Shown here in pieces: positions 29,255-39,527 of a DNA stretch of 64,000 nt. The position numbers and the translations under genes were made by a program. The stretch covers positions 128,001-192,000 of the forward strand of contig CAWDVP010000002.1 in the NCBI GenBank assembly GCA_963805945.1. The letters run 5' to 3'. The notes beneath the pieces were generated by a model, which was not told the origin of the DNA, made no database searches, and saw only the letters and a list, made by a program, of their open reading frames with translations. Positions within the stretch are counted from its first letter, which is position 1, and every line of letters begins with the position of its first letter. This stretch comes from Vulcanimicrobiota bacterium (GTDB lineage Bacteria > Vulcanimicrobiota > Vulcanimicrobiia > Eremiobacterales > Eremiobacteraceae).

Positions 29255-29665
29255 TTATGGGCAGGCGTCTGCGTTCGTCGTGCTCTTATCGATGCGCGTG
29301 GCTGAGAAGTCGCCGGACGACGGCTTGCCTTTGAGGCCCCACGATCCGGTGAAGTCGCGGCCGGCAGGGGTGAAGCCCAGCTTCATCCAGCCGGGACCGC
29401 GCTGGTCGTTCCAGGTCGCCTTCGCGTTTGTGCCCTTGAGCGTGCCGGTGATGGTGCCGCCATGGCCGTACGTGCCGGCGAGCGCGGTGCCCGTCTCGGT
29501 CATATGGATGAGACCTTTGGTGAACGGCGTGCCCGTGTTCGCCACGCAGTACACGCCGTTGGCGTTGAACGTCGAGCTGGTGGCGCCGGCGGGCGAGGTG
29601 GACGACGCGAGCGCCGCGCACAGCGCGAATGCAAGAGAACCGATGATCAAAGACCGTCGTAGCAT
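29255..29665 (-). CDS. Small secreted beta-rich protein
   Basis: GGAGG RBS, signal peptide, G-T-Y / F-T-G-S-W-G pattern shared with neighbour. Confidence 0.7.
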   Translation of the reverse strand: MLRRSLIIGSLAFALCAALASSTSPAGATSSTFNANGVYCVANTGTPFTKGLIHMTETGTALAGTYGHGGTITGTLKGTNAKATWNDQRGPGWMKLGFTPAGRDFTGSWGLKGKPSSGDFSATRIDKSTTNADACP

Positions 29666-29743
29666 ACGCTTACCTCCAAGAAAAGAAGAGCCCGCAACCG
29701 GTCTCACCTGCTGCGGGCTGTGTGTTCTCGGTGTTGGTGTTCT

Positions 29744-30439
29744 TTACATCCGTGCCGGCGGGCCCTGGCGTTGTCCGACGCTGCGGCCCATCACGGGCGA
29801 CGTGTCCGATGCCGCGCCATATCCCCAGATGCCGTTGAAGCTCTGGCCGTCATCGTTGAACCAGAACGAGTACCAGCCGTTTTGCGTCTTGCTGGTCCAG
29901 GTGTAGCGCACTTTGTCCGACGTCCGGAATTTCCCGTTGAGCGTGAGGCCGCTCAGCGTGCACACGGATGTCGGACCGGATTGCTTGCAGTTCATGAGGC
30001 CGCTGAACAGCGCGGGACCCGTCACGACGTGCACGTTCCAGTCGCCGGCGGTGGTGATCTTGATCGGCGGCAGGATCATGTTGCCGACGTACGATGCGTT
30101 GGACTTGCGGCCGTTGTAGCCCCAGGTGCCGTTAAGGCTGTGACCGTTGGGGCTGACCTGAACGGTGATCCAGCCTGCGCCGGCGGGGCCGTTCCACTTG
30201 CCGTTGATCTGTGAATCGGTGACGAACGTGCCGGTGAAGCCGTTGCCGGTCTTGGCGTTCTTGCCGACCAGGGCGCTGCCCGTCTGCGTCACGGCGATCG
30301 TGCTCGACGTTGTGCCGTTCGGACCGCTCTGCTCGATGGTCCAATTACCGGTGATGTTCGGCGGTGCCGCCATCGCCACGGCGCTCGAGAGCGCTGCGAT
30401 CGCGACCGCAAAAGATAGAGATAGTGCGAAACGTTTCAA
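29744..30439 (-). CDS. Secreted protein with two tandem beta-barrel-like repeats
   Basis: AAGGAG plus TTG; repeats ITGNW...LNGTWGY and AGDW...FNGIWGY. Confidence 0.75.
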   Translation of the reverse strand: MKRFALSLSFAVAIAALSSAVAMAAPPNITGNWTIEQSGPNGTTSSTIAVTQTGSALVGKNAKTGNGFTGTFVTDSQINGKWNGPAGAGWITVQVSPNGHSLNGTWGYNGRKSNASYVGNMILPPIKITTAGDWNVHVVTGPALFSGLMNCKQSGPTSVCTLSGLTLNGKFRTSDKVRYTWTSKTQNGWYSFWFNDDGQSFNGIWGYGAASDTSPVMGRSVGQRQGPPARM

Positions 30440-30584
30440 CCCAGGTCTCCTTTAAGTGTGTCAGGGTGAAGATAATGTGCGGTTCGATGCGCGAGGACTT
30501 CTCCCTAGGGGCCAAGGAGCGGAAAGTCGCATGGCGCAAGGCGCGGGCGGGCGAGCGGCCGTATGGTCGCGGGACGCAACGGGC

Positions 30585-31298
30585 CTATAATCTCGTCAAG
30601 GCGGCAGGCAATTCGCCGATCGTCTCGATGGTCGCGTCGGCCGGGCGGGCGCCTGCCGGGGGCCCCTCGGCGCGCACGTTGACCCACACCGCGCGCATAC
30701 CGGCAGCGTGCGCTCCTGCGATGTCGCGGTTGAAGCGGTCGCCGACCATCACGCTCTCGGCCGGCCCCACCCCGGCCAAGCCCATCGCATGTTCGAAGAT
30801 CTTCGGGTCGGGCTTCACCAGCTGCATCTCGCCGGCGAGGACGATGTGGTCGAAGAAGCGGCCGAGCTCGAGCCGGGCGATCTTCACGTCGTGCGTCTCG
30901 GCGAAGCCGTTGGTGATGATCGACATCTTGTAGCGGCCGTGCAGCTCGTGCAGCACGCGCACCGCGTCGGGCAGCAGCTCGGCGCGTTCGATGCGCAGGG
31001 TGTCGTAGCGCGCGGCGATGCGCGTTGCCAGCGTCGCGTCGCCGACGCCGAACCGCTTGAGCGCGGCGCGCCACATCGACGGCCGGATGTCGCCTGGCGA
31101 TGGCGGCGGGCCGCCCGGTTCGAGGCCTTCCCAGAAATCGATCGCCGCGTCGACGTACGCCACCGCGAGTTCGTTCGGGTCGACGCCGATATCCGGCGAT
31201 ACCTCGCGCACCGCGGCTTCGGCGCAATGCTCGAGCGACAGCGTGTCTTCGATGAGCGTGTCGTCGAGGTCGAAGAAGATCGCGGTGATGGGCGTCAG
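30585..31298 (-). CDS. HAD-superfamily hydrolase; probable CTG start overlapping the uvrB stop
   Basis: [27 protein letters not shown]. Confidence 0.9.
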   Translation of the reverse strand: MTPITAIFFDLDDTLIEDTLSLEHCAEAAVREVSPDIGVDPNELAVAYVDAAIDFWEGLEPGGPPPSPGDIRPSMWRAALKRFGVGDATLATRIAARYDTLRIERAELLPDAVRVLHELHGRYKMSIITNGFAETHDVKIARLELGRFFDHIVLAGEMQLVKPDPKIFEHAMGLAGVGPAESVMVGDRFNRDIAGAHAAGMRAVWVNVRAEGPPAGARPADATIETIGELPAALTRL

Positions 31299-33346
31299 AA
31301 CAGCGCGGCCTCGCGCAGCGCTTCGCCGAACACGTGCGGCGCCGTGCGCGACAGCGCCGGGTCGCCGCCGTCGGGCAGCTGCTTGCGAAGCTCCCACAGC
31401 TCGTCGCGCAGCGCGGCCGCCTTCTCGAACTCGAGCCGCGCCGCCGCCGCGCGCATCTCTTTCTCGAGCTTGCTGATGGTGGCCATGAGCACTTCGCGCG
31501 GCACTTCCTTGAGCTGCTTGCCGGCGGCGCGTGCCTTCATGCCGTCGCTCGCGCCGATCGCGCTGAGGATGTCGCGCACCGACTTGCGCACCGATTGCGG
31601 ATCGATGTTGTGCTCGAGGTTGTAGGCGGTCTGCCGCTCGCGCCGGCGCCGCGTCTCGTTGATCGCGCGCTCCATGGACTGCGTCACGTTGTCCGCGTAC
31701 ATGAGCACCGTGCCGCTGACGTGGCGCGCGGCCCGCCCGATCGTCTGGATGAGCGAGGTCTCCGAACGCAGGTAGCCTTCTTTGTCGGCGTCGAGGATCG
31801 CCACGAGCGAGACCTCCGGCAGGTCGAGGCCTTCGCGCAGCAGATTGATGCCGACGAGCACGTCGAACTCCCCGAGCCGCAGATCGCGCAGGATGGCGAT
31901 GCGCTCCAAGGTATCCACCTCCGAGTGCAGATAGCGCGCGCGCACGTTCATCTCGATGAGGTAGTCGGTGAGGTCCTCCGCCATCTTCTTCGTCAGCGTC
32001 GTCACCAGCACGCGTTCGCCGGACGCAGCGCGTTTGCGGATCTCCTCCATGAGGTCGTCGACCTGACCCTTGGTCGGCCGCAGCTCGATCTGCGGATCCA
32101 CCAGGCCGGTGGGGCGGATGATCTGCTCGACGACCTGCGTCGAATGCTTGCGCTCGTATTCGCCCAGTGTGGCGGACACGTAGACGACCTGATTGAGGTG
32201 CTTGTCGAACTCCTCGAAGGTGAGCGGCCGGTTGTCGATCGCGGACGGCAGCCGGAAGCCGTACTCGACGAGCGCCTCTTTGCGCGAGCGATCGCCCTGG
32301 TACATGCCGTGCACCTGCGGCAGCGTCACGTGCGACTCGTCGACGAACAGCAGCCAATCATCCGGGAAGAAGTCGAGCAGGCAGAAAGGCGTCTGTCCGG
32401 GCGCGCGGCCGGTGAGGTGGCGCGAGTAGTTCTCGATGCCGTTGCAGTAGCCGAGCTCGCGCAGCATCTCGATGTCGTTGCGCGTGCGCAGCTCGAGCCG
32501 CTGCGCCTCCAGCAGCTTGCCCTCGTGCCGGAAGAACGCGAGGCGCTCCTCGAGCTCGGCCTCGATGCTGCGCACCGCGCGCAGCAGCTTCTCCTCCGGC
32601 GTGATGAAGTGCTTGGCGGGGAAGATCGTCAGCTCGTCGAGATCCTCGAGCAGTTCGCCGGTCACCTGATTGACGCGGGTGATGTGCTCGATGGTGTCGC
32701 CGAAGAAATCGAGACGCGTCACGATCTCGTCGTCGACCGCGATGAACTCGAGGACGTCACCACGTACGCGGAAGGTGCCCCGCACCATGGCGAGGTCGTT
32801 GCGCGTGTACTGCATGTCCACCAGCTTGCGCAGCAGCTTGTCGCGGTCGTAGTCCGCGCCGCGGCGCAGGCTCAGCGCCATCTCCATGTAGTCCGACGGC
32901 GAGCCCAAGCCGAAGATGCACGACACCGAGGCGACGATGATCGTGTCGCGCCGCGTCAGCAGCGATTGCGTGGCGGAGTGCCGCAGGCGTTCGATCTCCT
33001 CGTTGATCGAGGAGTCCTTCTCGATGTACGTGTCCGAGGACGGGATGTACGCCTCGGGCTGGTAGTAGTCGAAGTACGACACGAAATACTCGACCGCGTT
33101 GTTGGGGAAGAACTCTTTGAACTCACCGCACAGCTGAGCGGCCAGCGTCTTGTTGTGGCTGAGCACGAGCGTCGGCTTGCGCGCGCGTTCGATGGTCCAG
33201 GCCATGGTCGCGGTCTTGCCGCTGCCGGTCACGCCGAGCAGCGCCTGCGCGCGGTCGCCGCGCGCGATGCCGTCGCTGAGGGCGGCGATCGCCTCCGGCT
33301 GGTCGCCCGAAGGCGCGAAAGGGGCTTCGACTTTGAATTCCGGCAT
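31295..33346 (-). CDS. uvrB: Excinuclease ABC subunit B
   Basis: [29 protein letters not shown]-terminal [12 protein letters not shown]. Confidence 0.98.
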   Translation of the reverse strand: MPEFKVEAPFAPSGDQPEAIAALSDGIARGDRAQALLGVTGSGKTATMAWTIERARKPTLVLSHNKTLAAQLCGEFKEFFPNNAVEYFVSYFDYYQPEAYIPSSDTYIEKDSSINEEIERLRHSATQSLLTRRDTIIVASVSCIFGLGSPSDYMEMALSLRRGADYDRDKLLRKLVDMQYTRNDLAMVRGTFRVRGDVLEFIAVDDEIVTRLDFFGDTIEHITRVNQVTGELLEDLDELTIFPAKHFITPEEKLLRAVRSIEAELEERLAFFRHEGKLLEAQRLELRTRNDIEMLRELGYCNGIENYSRHLTGRAPGQTPFCLLDFFPDDWLLFVDESHVTLPQVHGMYQGDRSRKEALVEYGFRLPSAIDNRPLTFEEFDKHLNQVVYVSATLGEYERKHSTQVVEQIIRPTGLVDPQIELRPTKGQVDDLMEEIRKRAASGERVLVTTLTKKMAEDLTDYLIEMNVRARYLHSEVDTLERIAILRDLRLGEFDVLVGINLLREGLDLPEVSLVAILDADKEGYLRSETSLIQTIGRAARHVSGTVLMYADNVTQSMERAINETRRRRERQTAYNLEHNIDPQSVRKSVRDILSAIGASDGMKARAAGKQLKEVPREVLMATISKLEKEMRAAAARLEFEKAAALRDELWELRKQLPDGGDPALSRTAPHVFGEALREAALF

Positions 33347-33451
33347 GGTACCTTTATCTCACCCGAGGGGGGCGCCGGAGGGTCTTCGGAGAACATCATC
33401 CGGGGCCTCCGGGCCCGTTTGTATCAGCATCGCTGTCAGGAGACCGCTGTT

Positions 33452-34531
33452 ATGGCTACGGCAAAACCGGTCCTCTTCTCCGGCAATTCCAATCGCGCGC
33501 TTGCCGTCGAGATCGCACACGTCATGGGCACGCACGTCGGCAAAGCGTTGGTGACCACGTTCGCCAACGAGGAATGCCGCATCGAGATCCACGAGAACGT
33601 GCGCGGCGCCGACGCGTTCGTCATCCAATCGATATCCAAGCAGCCCGACCTTGGGCGCTCCGTCAACGATTCGCTCATGGAGATGCTGCTGATGATCGAC
33701 GCGCTGCGGCGCGCGTCGGCGTATCGCATCACCGCCGTCATCCCGTACTACGGCTACGCCAAGCAGGACAAGAAGACCAAAGGCCGCGAGCCCATCTCGG
33801 CCAAGCTGGTCGCCAACATGCTCACCACCGCCGGCGCGCAGCGCATCTTGACGGTGGACCTGCACGCGGCGCAGATCCAAGGTTTCTTCGACGAGCCGGT
33901 GGACAACCTCACCGCGAGCTTCATCCTCGCCAACTATCTCATCAACACAAAGAAGATGCGCGGCGGCAACATCGTCGTCGTCTCGCCGGACGCCGGCGGC
34001 GTGGCGCGCGCCGAGGCCTTCGCGAAGAAGCTCCAAGCATCGGTGGCGATCGTGTTCAAGCGCCGGCCGCGCCCGGACGTGAACGAGGTGAGCGAGGTCG
34101 TCGGCGACATGAAGGGCAAGACCGCGGTCATCATCGACGACATGATCTCGACCGGCGGCACACTCGTCAAAGCGTCGGAGGCGCTGCTCGAGCGCGGTGC
34201 GACCTCGGTCATCACCTGCGCCACGCACGGCATCTTCGCCGCCGGCGCGGCGCAGAAGCTCATCGACTCGCCGATCACCGAGATCGTCGTCACCAACACG
34301 ATCCCCGTGCCCGAAGAGATCCGCGGGGACAAGATCAAGGTGCTCTCGGTCGCGCGCATGCTCGCCGAGACGGTGCGACGCATCTCCGCGAACCGTTCGG
34401 TGTCCGAGCTGTACAACGAACAAGAGGACTGGCTCGCGAACGCCGATGCGGTCGTGCCGAACAGCTCGCTTTTCGATCAACCGCCGGCGGCGAGCGAAAC
34501 GGCCGTGCCGGTCATCGCAGGCAAGAAATAG
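33452..34531 (+). CDS. prs: Ribose-phosphate pyrophosphokinase
   Basis: LFSGNSN, DLHAAQIQGFF, SPDAGG, IIDDMISTGGT. Confidence 0.95.
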   Translation: MATAKPVLFSGNSNRALAVEIAHVMGTHVGKALVTTFANEECRIEIHENVRGADAFVIQSISKQPDLGRSVNDSLMEMLLMIDALRRASAYRITAVIPYYGYAKQDKKTKGREPISAKLVANMLTTAGAQRILTVDLHAAQIQGFFDEPVDNLTASFILANYLINTKKMRGGNIVVVSPDAGGVARAEAFAKKLQASVAIVFKRRPRPDVNEVSEVVGDMKGKTAVIIDDMISTGGTLVKASEALLERGATSVITCATHGIFAAGAAQKLIDSPITEIVVTNTIPVPEEIRGDKIKVLSVARMLAETVRRISANRSVSELYNEQEDWLANADAVVPNSSLFDQPPAASETAVPVIAGKK

Positions 34532-34535
34532 ATGT

Positions 34536-34562
34536 GTCGGTCGAATAAATTCGACCGCTCCA
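34536..34562 (-). repeat. REP-like palindrome, GGAG class
   Basis: TGGAG-CGGTCGAAT-TT-ATTCGACCG. Confidence 0.85.
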
Positions 34563-34578
34563 TACGCAGAAAGGCAAC

Positions 34579-35232
34579 ATGGATACCATAACCATTGCCG
34601 CTAAACCCCGGTCGGAGACCGGGAGTCATGCGGTCAGCAGACTGCGGCGCGACGGCAAGGTGCCCGGCGTCGTCTACGGTCACGAATTCACCAGCCCTCT
34701 GCCGATCGTCATCGAGAGCCGCGATCTGCGCAGCGCGCTGGCGGGCCACAACATCAACTCGGTGTTCACGCTCGAGATCGAAGGGCGCGGCGCGACGCCG
34801 GTCATGATCCACGAGCGCCAGCTCGACGTGGTGAGCCACCGTCTGCTGCACATCGACCTCTACGCGGTGAACCTGACCGAAGCGGTCGAGGCGAGCGTCA
34901 CGGTCGTCGCGGTCGGCAACGCGCCAGGCGTCAAGGAAGGCGGCGTGCTTGATATCGTGCTGCGTGAGATCGCGGTCGAAGCGCTGCCCGGCCAGATCCC
35001 AGAGCAGATCGAGGTCGACGTGAGCGAGCTCAACATCGGCGACAACATCCACGTCCGCGAGTTGAAGGTGCCCGAGGGCGTCACCATCGTCGAGGACGAG
35101 AACGATATCGTGCTGTCGGTGCTCGCGCCGTCGAAGGCCGAAGAGGAAGTGCCTGTCGCGGCGGTCGCGGAGCTGGCGCAGCCGGAGCTGGTGGGCGAGA
35201 AGAAGCCGGAAGAGGAAGTCGAGGAGTCGTAA
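34579..35232 (+). CDS. rplY: 50S ribosomal protein L25/Ctc
   Basis: RLRRDGKVPGVVYG, HIDLY, GVKEGG; prs-rplY-pth synteny. Confidence 0.95.
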   Translation: MDTITIAAKPRSETGSHAVSRLRRDGKVPGVVYGHEFTSPLPIVIESRDLRSALAGHNINSVFTLEIEGRGATPVMIHERQLDVVSHRLLHIDLYAVNLTEAVEASVTVVAVGNAPGVKEGGVLDIVLREIAVEALPGQIPEQIEVDVSELNIGDNIHVRELKVPEGVTIVEDENDIVLSVLAPSKAEEEVPVAAVAELAQPELVGEKKPEEEVEES

Positions 35233-35272
35233 CGCGGATACTTCCAACGCCGCACGCGCGCCCCGGACCCGC

Positions 35273-35848
35273 TTGGTCGTCGGACTCGGCAATCCGGGGC
35301 GTTCGTATGTCCGGACGAGGCACAACGTCGGTTTTCGGGTGATCGAGGCGCTCGCGCAGCGGCATGCAGCCTCGGCGTGGCGCACGAAGTTCGATGCGCG
35401 GACGACGCAGCTGCCGGAGTCCGGCGCGATCCTCGCCATGCCGCATACCTACATGAACGCGTCCGGCGAGAGCGTCGGGCCGCTCGCCGCGTTCTACAAG
35501 ATCCCTGTGGAAGACATCGTGGTCGTGTGCGACGACGTCAATCTGCCGTTCGGGCGGCTGCGCATGCGGCGCAGCGGCAGCGACGGCGGCCACAACGGAC
35601 TGAAGTCGATCATCGAAGCGCTCGGGTCCATAGGCTTCCCGCGACTGCGCGTCGGCGTCGGCCGCGATGACGGCGACCTCATCGACCACGTCATCAGCGC
35701 CTTCACGCCCGAAGAGGAGGCCGCGCTCGGCGAGATCATCGACCGCGGCGTGGCCGGGGTCGAGACGTTCCTCGACGCCGGGATCGAAGCCGCGATCGCG
35801 CTCGTCAACGCCGCGGGAGGCGGCCTCCCCGACGACGAGCAGCCATGA
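35273..35848 (+). CDS. pth: Peptidyl-tRNA hydrolase
   Basis: VGLGNPG, TRHNVGF, TYMNASG, GGHNGLKS. Confidence 0.96.
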   Translation: MVVGLGNPGRSYVRTRHNVGFRVIEALAQRHAASAWRTKFDARTTQLPESGAILAMPHTYMNASGESVGPLAAFYKIPVEDIVVVCDDVNLPFGRLRMRRSGSDGGHNGLKSIIEALGSIGFPRLRVGVGRDDGDLIDHVISAFTPEEEAALGEIIDRGVAGVETFLDAGIEAAIALVNAAGGGLPDDEQP

Positions 35849-35869
35849 CTTGATAGGAGTCCTACGAGG

Positions 35870-37222
35870 ATGAAAGCGCTACCGACCGTCGCCGAGCGCA
35901 AGGCGGCGGGCAGACTGATCCGGCGTGACGTGCCGCGCGCCAGCCACGCCGCGTGGAAGCCTGCGCCGTCGCGCCCCGATCCGTTGAGCTTGCTGCGCAG
36001 CCAGAACAAGACGCGCGTGCCCGCGCTCGTGCCGATCAGGTACTGGCGGATGCTGCAGTCGCCGTTCACCTTCTTCCGCGGCGCGGCCGCGATCATGGCG
36101 GCGGATCTGGCCGGCACGCCGAACACCGGCATCGCCGTGCAGGCGTGCGGCGACTGCCATCTCATGAACTTCGGCGCGTATGCCACCGAGGAGCGCAACT
36201 TCGTCTTCGACATCTGCGATTTCGACGAGACGCTCCGCGCGCCGTGGGAGTGGGACGTCAAACGGCTTGCAGCGAGCTTCATCGTCGCCGGACGGGATAT
36301 CGAGCTCACAGAGCGGCAGTGCCTTGACGCCGTGGCCGTCGGTGTTAGCGCGTATCGCGAGCGCATGTCGGCGTACGCGAACATGACCGGTCTCGGGGTC
36401 TGGTACTCGCGGCTCGACGTCGACGCCATCCCGCAGCAGGCATTGGCCGACGGCAAGAAGGCGCGCGCGCGTTTCGCGCGGATGGCTGAAAAGCTACGAG
36501 CGCGCGCGCAAGAAGCCGATTTCAACAAACTGGCGGAGTTCCTCGACGGACGGCCTCGCTTCATCGACAACCCGCCCGGCGTCCACCATCCTTCGGGCAT
36601 GCCGGGCACCGGACGGGCCATCCGCGCCGAGCTCGAAGCGTATCGCCATTCGTTGCGCGACGACCTGCGCGTGCTCTTCGACCGCTACGAGGTCTTCGAC
36701 GTGGCGGTCAAAGTGGTGGGCGTCGGCAGCGTCGGCACCCGCTGCGCTATCGTGCTGCTCATGGCGCGGGAGGACGATCCGCTCATCTTGCAAGTCAAAG
36801 AGGCCGGCGCGTCGGTGCTCGAAGCCTACGCCAAGCCGAGCGGCTTCACGAATCAAGGAGAGCGCGTCGTCAACGGCCAGCGCATCATGCAGACGGCGAG
36901 CGACATGCTGCTCGGTTGGACCGCCTACAACGGCCGGGACTATTACATCCGCCAACTGCGCGACATGAAATCCTCGGTGGTGGTCGAGGCGATGGACCCG
37001 CTCGACCTCGCGGAGTACGCCCGCGTGTGCGGCATGACGCTCGCGCGCGCGCACGCGCGGTCCGGCGACCCGGCGCTCCTGAGCGGCTACCTCGGCAACG
37101 GCGATGCCTTCGATCTGGCGATCGCGGATTTCGCGGTCGCGTATGCGGATCAGAACCAACGCGATTTCGCGCAGCTCAGGGCGGGGGTGCGCGCGAAGAA
37201 GATACGGATCGAGAAGGGCTAG
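35870..37222 (+). CDS. DUF2252 family protein
   Basis: SPFTFFRG, CGDCHLMNFG, DFDE, KVVGVGSVG, LARAHARSGD. Confidence 0.88.
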   Translation: MKALPTVAERKAAGRLIRRDVPRASHAAWKPAPSRPDPLSLLRSQNKTRVPALVPIRYWRMLQSPFTFFRGAAAIMAADLAGTPNTGIAVQACGDCHLMNFGAYATEERNFVFDICDFDETLRAPWEWDVKRLAASFIVAGRDIELTERQCLDAVAVGVSAYRERMSAYANMTGLGVWYSRLDVDAIPQQALADGKKARARFARMAEKLRARAQEADFNKLAEFLDGRPRFIDNPPGVHHPSGMPGTGRAIRAELEAYRHSLRDDLRVLFDRYEVFDVAVKVVGVGSVGTRCAIVLLMAREDDPLILQVKEAGASVLEAYAKPSGFTNQGERVVNGQRIMQTASDMLLGWTAYNGRDYYIRQLRDMKSSVVVEAMDPLDLAEYARVCGMTLARAHARSGDPALLSGYLGNGDAFDLAIADFAVAYADQNQRDFAQLRAGVRAKKIRIEKG

Positions 37223-37237
37223 GGCGCGGGAGGCAGG

Positions 37238-37807
37238 CTACCCGATTCGACGGCTGCCTGGATCCGCGAGCGGCACGCCGTCGCGGCACAGCGGGCACTG
37301 CTCCGGCGGATAATCGGCGAGCGGCAGATCGAGCAGCGCGGTCACCGGCAGCGAGAGCGCGGGCTTGCCGCGTTTGACCACCGCGCCCACGGCGACGACG
37401 CGTGCCCCGAGCGCCTCGACCACCGCGATGACCTCGGCGGTGGACTTGCCCGTCGTCATGACGTCCTCGACGACAGCCACGCGTTCGCCGGGTGACAGCG
37501 TGAAGCCGCGGCGCAGCGTCGGCACACCCGCTTCCTTCTCCACGAAGATGTCGCGCGCGCCGAGATGCTTGGCGACCACGTATCCCGGGATGATGCCGCC
37601 GACGGCGGCGCTGACGACGACACTCGCCTGCGCCGGTCGGAGCAGCTCGGCGAGAGCGCCGCAGACCGCCTCCGCGGTCGGCGGATCCTCGAAGATGCGG
37701 AACTTCTGGATGAACCGGTCGCTGTGCAGCCCGGACGAGAGCGCGAAGTGCCCTGTGAGCATCGCCCCGCGGCGCTCGAGCAGGGCGAGCACATCCGACT
37801 TCGTCAA
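37238..37807 (-). CDS. pyrE: Orotate phosphoribosyltransferase
   Basis: GHFALSSGLHS, VVEDVMTTG; TTG start overlapping pyrF stop. Confidence 0.93.
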   Translation of the reverse strand: MTKSDVLALLERRGAMLTGHFALSSGLHSDRFIQKFRIFEDPPTAEAVCGALAELLRPAQASVVVSAAVGGIIPGYVVAKHLGARDIFVEKEAGVPTLRRGFTLSPGERVAVVEDVMTTGKSTAEVIAVVEALGARVVAVGAVVKRGKPALSLPVTALLDLPLADYPPEQCPLCRDGVPLADPGSRRIG

Positions 37808-38529
37808 ACCTGGACGTTTCCGAAGGTCTTCACCGATGCCAGCTCCGCCAGGATGGCGCCCGCCGCGCGGCCTGGATCCGGCGCGGCGGTGATCGGCCGG
37901 CCGACCACGATGTAGTCCGCGCCCGCGAGCACCGCGTCCGCCGGCGCGGCTACTCTGCGCTGGTCGCCCGCCGCCTGGCCGCTCGGACGGATGCCGGGGC
38001 AGACGATCGTGAACCCGTCGCCGGCGCGCGCGCGGACGATCGCCGCCTCTTCCACCGCGCACACCGCGCCGTCGATGCCGGCTTCCAGCGCGAGCTCGGC
38101 GCGCATGCTGACGAGCTGGTGCGGCGTGCGGTCTTCGCCCGCCGCCACAAGATCTTCTTTAGACAAGCTGGTGAGCACGGTGACCGCGAGCAGGCGCATC
38201 GCGCCGCCCTCGGCGTTGGCCTCGTCGCGCGCCTGTGCTGCGGCTTCCATCATAGCCCGGCCGCCCGAGGCGTGCAGGGTCAGCATGGCTGGGCGGAAGC
38301 GCTTGGCGGCGCGCACCGCCGCGGCGACGGTGTTGGGGATGTCGTGCAGTTTGAGATCGAGGAACAGCGACGCGCCGCGCTCGTGCAGAGCCTCGATGAT
38401 CTTCTCGCCGTACGCGTAGTACGCCTGATAGCCGACCTTATACCACCGCACCACGGGCGCGGTCTTCTCCACCACCGCGAGCGCTTCGTCGGCGCTCGGC
38501 TCGTCGAGCGCGACGATCAGTTCCGTCAT
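37804..38529 (-). CDS. pyrF: Orotidine-5'-phosphate decarboxylase
   Basis: IVALD, FLDLKLHDIPNT, VTVLTS, PGIR, VVGRPI. Confidence 0.96.
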   Translation of the reverse strand: MTELIVALDEPSADEALAVVEKTAPVVRWYKVGYQAYYAYGEKIIEALHERGASLFLDLKLHDIPNTVAAAVRAAKRFRPAMLTLHASGGRAMMEAAAQARDEANAEGGAMRLLAVTVLTSLSKEDLVAAGEDRTPHQLVSMRAELALEAGIDGAVCAVEEAAIVRARAGDGFTIVCPGIRPSGQAAGDQRRVAAPADAVLAGADYIVVGRPITAAPDPGRAAGAILAELASVKTFGNVQV

Positions 38530-39527
38530 GTGCGTGCTCCTTGCGCCGAGGGGCGCCGATCGCCGGGCCAACGCTCGCCCGCGTAGCCCGGATTTGCAAG
38601 ACCCGTGAGAGCGCGGACGCTGGCGAAGCCGCGGCGCGCAGCTTCGGCGACGATCGCGGCGCCGACGTGCACCGCGACGTTGGGATCGCGGAAGTTCGCC
38701 GTGCCGATCGAGACCGCGGTCGCGCCGGCGAGCATCAGCTCGAGCGCATCGTTGCCGGTCTCCACGCCGCCCATCCCTATGATCGGGATGGTGACGGTCT
38801 GCGCGACCTCCCACACCTGATAGACCGCGACGGGCCGGATCGCCGGACCGGTGAGACCGCCGGTGCCGTTGGCGAGCGTCGGGCGAGCGCGCTCCACGTC
38901 GATCGCCATGGCGCGCAGCGAGTTGATGAGCGAGATGGCGTCGGCGCCCGCCTCCTGGGCGGCTCGCGCGATCGGGCGGATGTCGGTGACGTTCGGCGTG
39001 AGCTTCGCGATGAGAGGCAGCGAGACACGGCGTTTCACCGCGGCGACGACCGCGTCGGTCGCCCGCGCGTCGACCGCGAAGCACTCGCCTTCGCTATCGA
39101 CGTTCGGGCACGAGACGTCGAGCTCGATCGCGACGAGGCCGGGTAAGCCGTCCATGCGCGCCGCCACCTCTACGAACTCGCCCACCGTGAAGCCGGCGAC
39201 GCTGGCGATGACCTTGGTCGGCACCTCGGGCAGCTTGGGCGCCTCATGTTCCACAAAGTATTCGATGCCGGGCCCCTGCAGGCCGATCGCATTGAGCATG
39301 CCCGCCGGCGTGAGCGCGATGCGCGGCATGAGATTGCCGAGCCGCGGCTCGCGGGTGATGCTCTTGAGCGTGATCGCGCCATACGCGGCGACGTCAATGA
39401 TGCGGCCGAACTCCGCGCCGCGGTTGTAGCAGCCGCTCGCCGCGATCAACGGGTTCGCCAGCGTCACGCGACCGATGTCGACCGATCTGTCCGGCGCTTT
39501 GGCGGCGCCGTTGCGCTCGCCGCTCAC
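38526..39527 (-). CDS. pyrD: Dihydroorotate dehydrogenase 1B catalytic subunit
   Basis: NPLIAASG, NAIGLQ, SCPNV, KLTPNVTD, GGLTG. Confidence 0.93.
   Translation of the reverse strand: MSGERNGAAKAPDRSVDIGRVTLANPLIAASGCYNRGAEFGRIIDVAAYGAITLKSITREPRLGNLMPRIALTPAGMLNAIGLQGPGIEYFVEHEAPKLPEVPTKVIASVAGFTVGEFVEVAARMDGLPGLVAIELDVSCPNVDSEGECFAVDARATDAVVAAVKRRVSLPLIAKLTPNVTDIRPIARAAQEAGADAISLINSLRAMAIDVERARPTLANGTGGLTGPAIRPVAVYQVWEVAQTVTIPIIGMGGVETGNDALELMLAGATAVSIGTANFRDPNVAVHVGAAIVAEAARRGFASVRALTGLANPGYAGERWPGDRRPSAQGART

Noticed and set aside
29157..33451. LexA/SOS boxes upstream of uvrA or uvrB
   Set aside because: No GAAC-N4-GTTC or CTGT-N8-ACAG match seen by eye.
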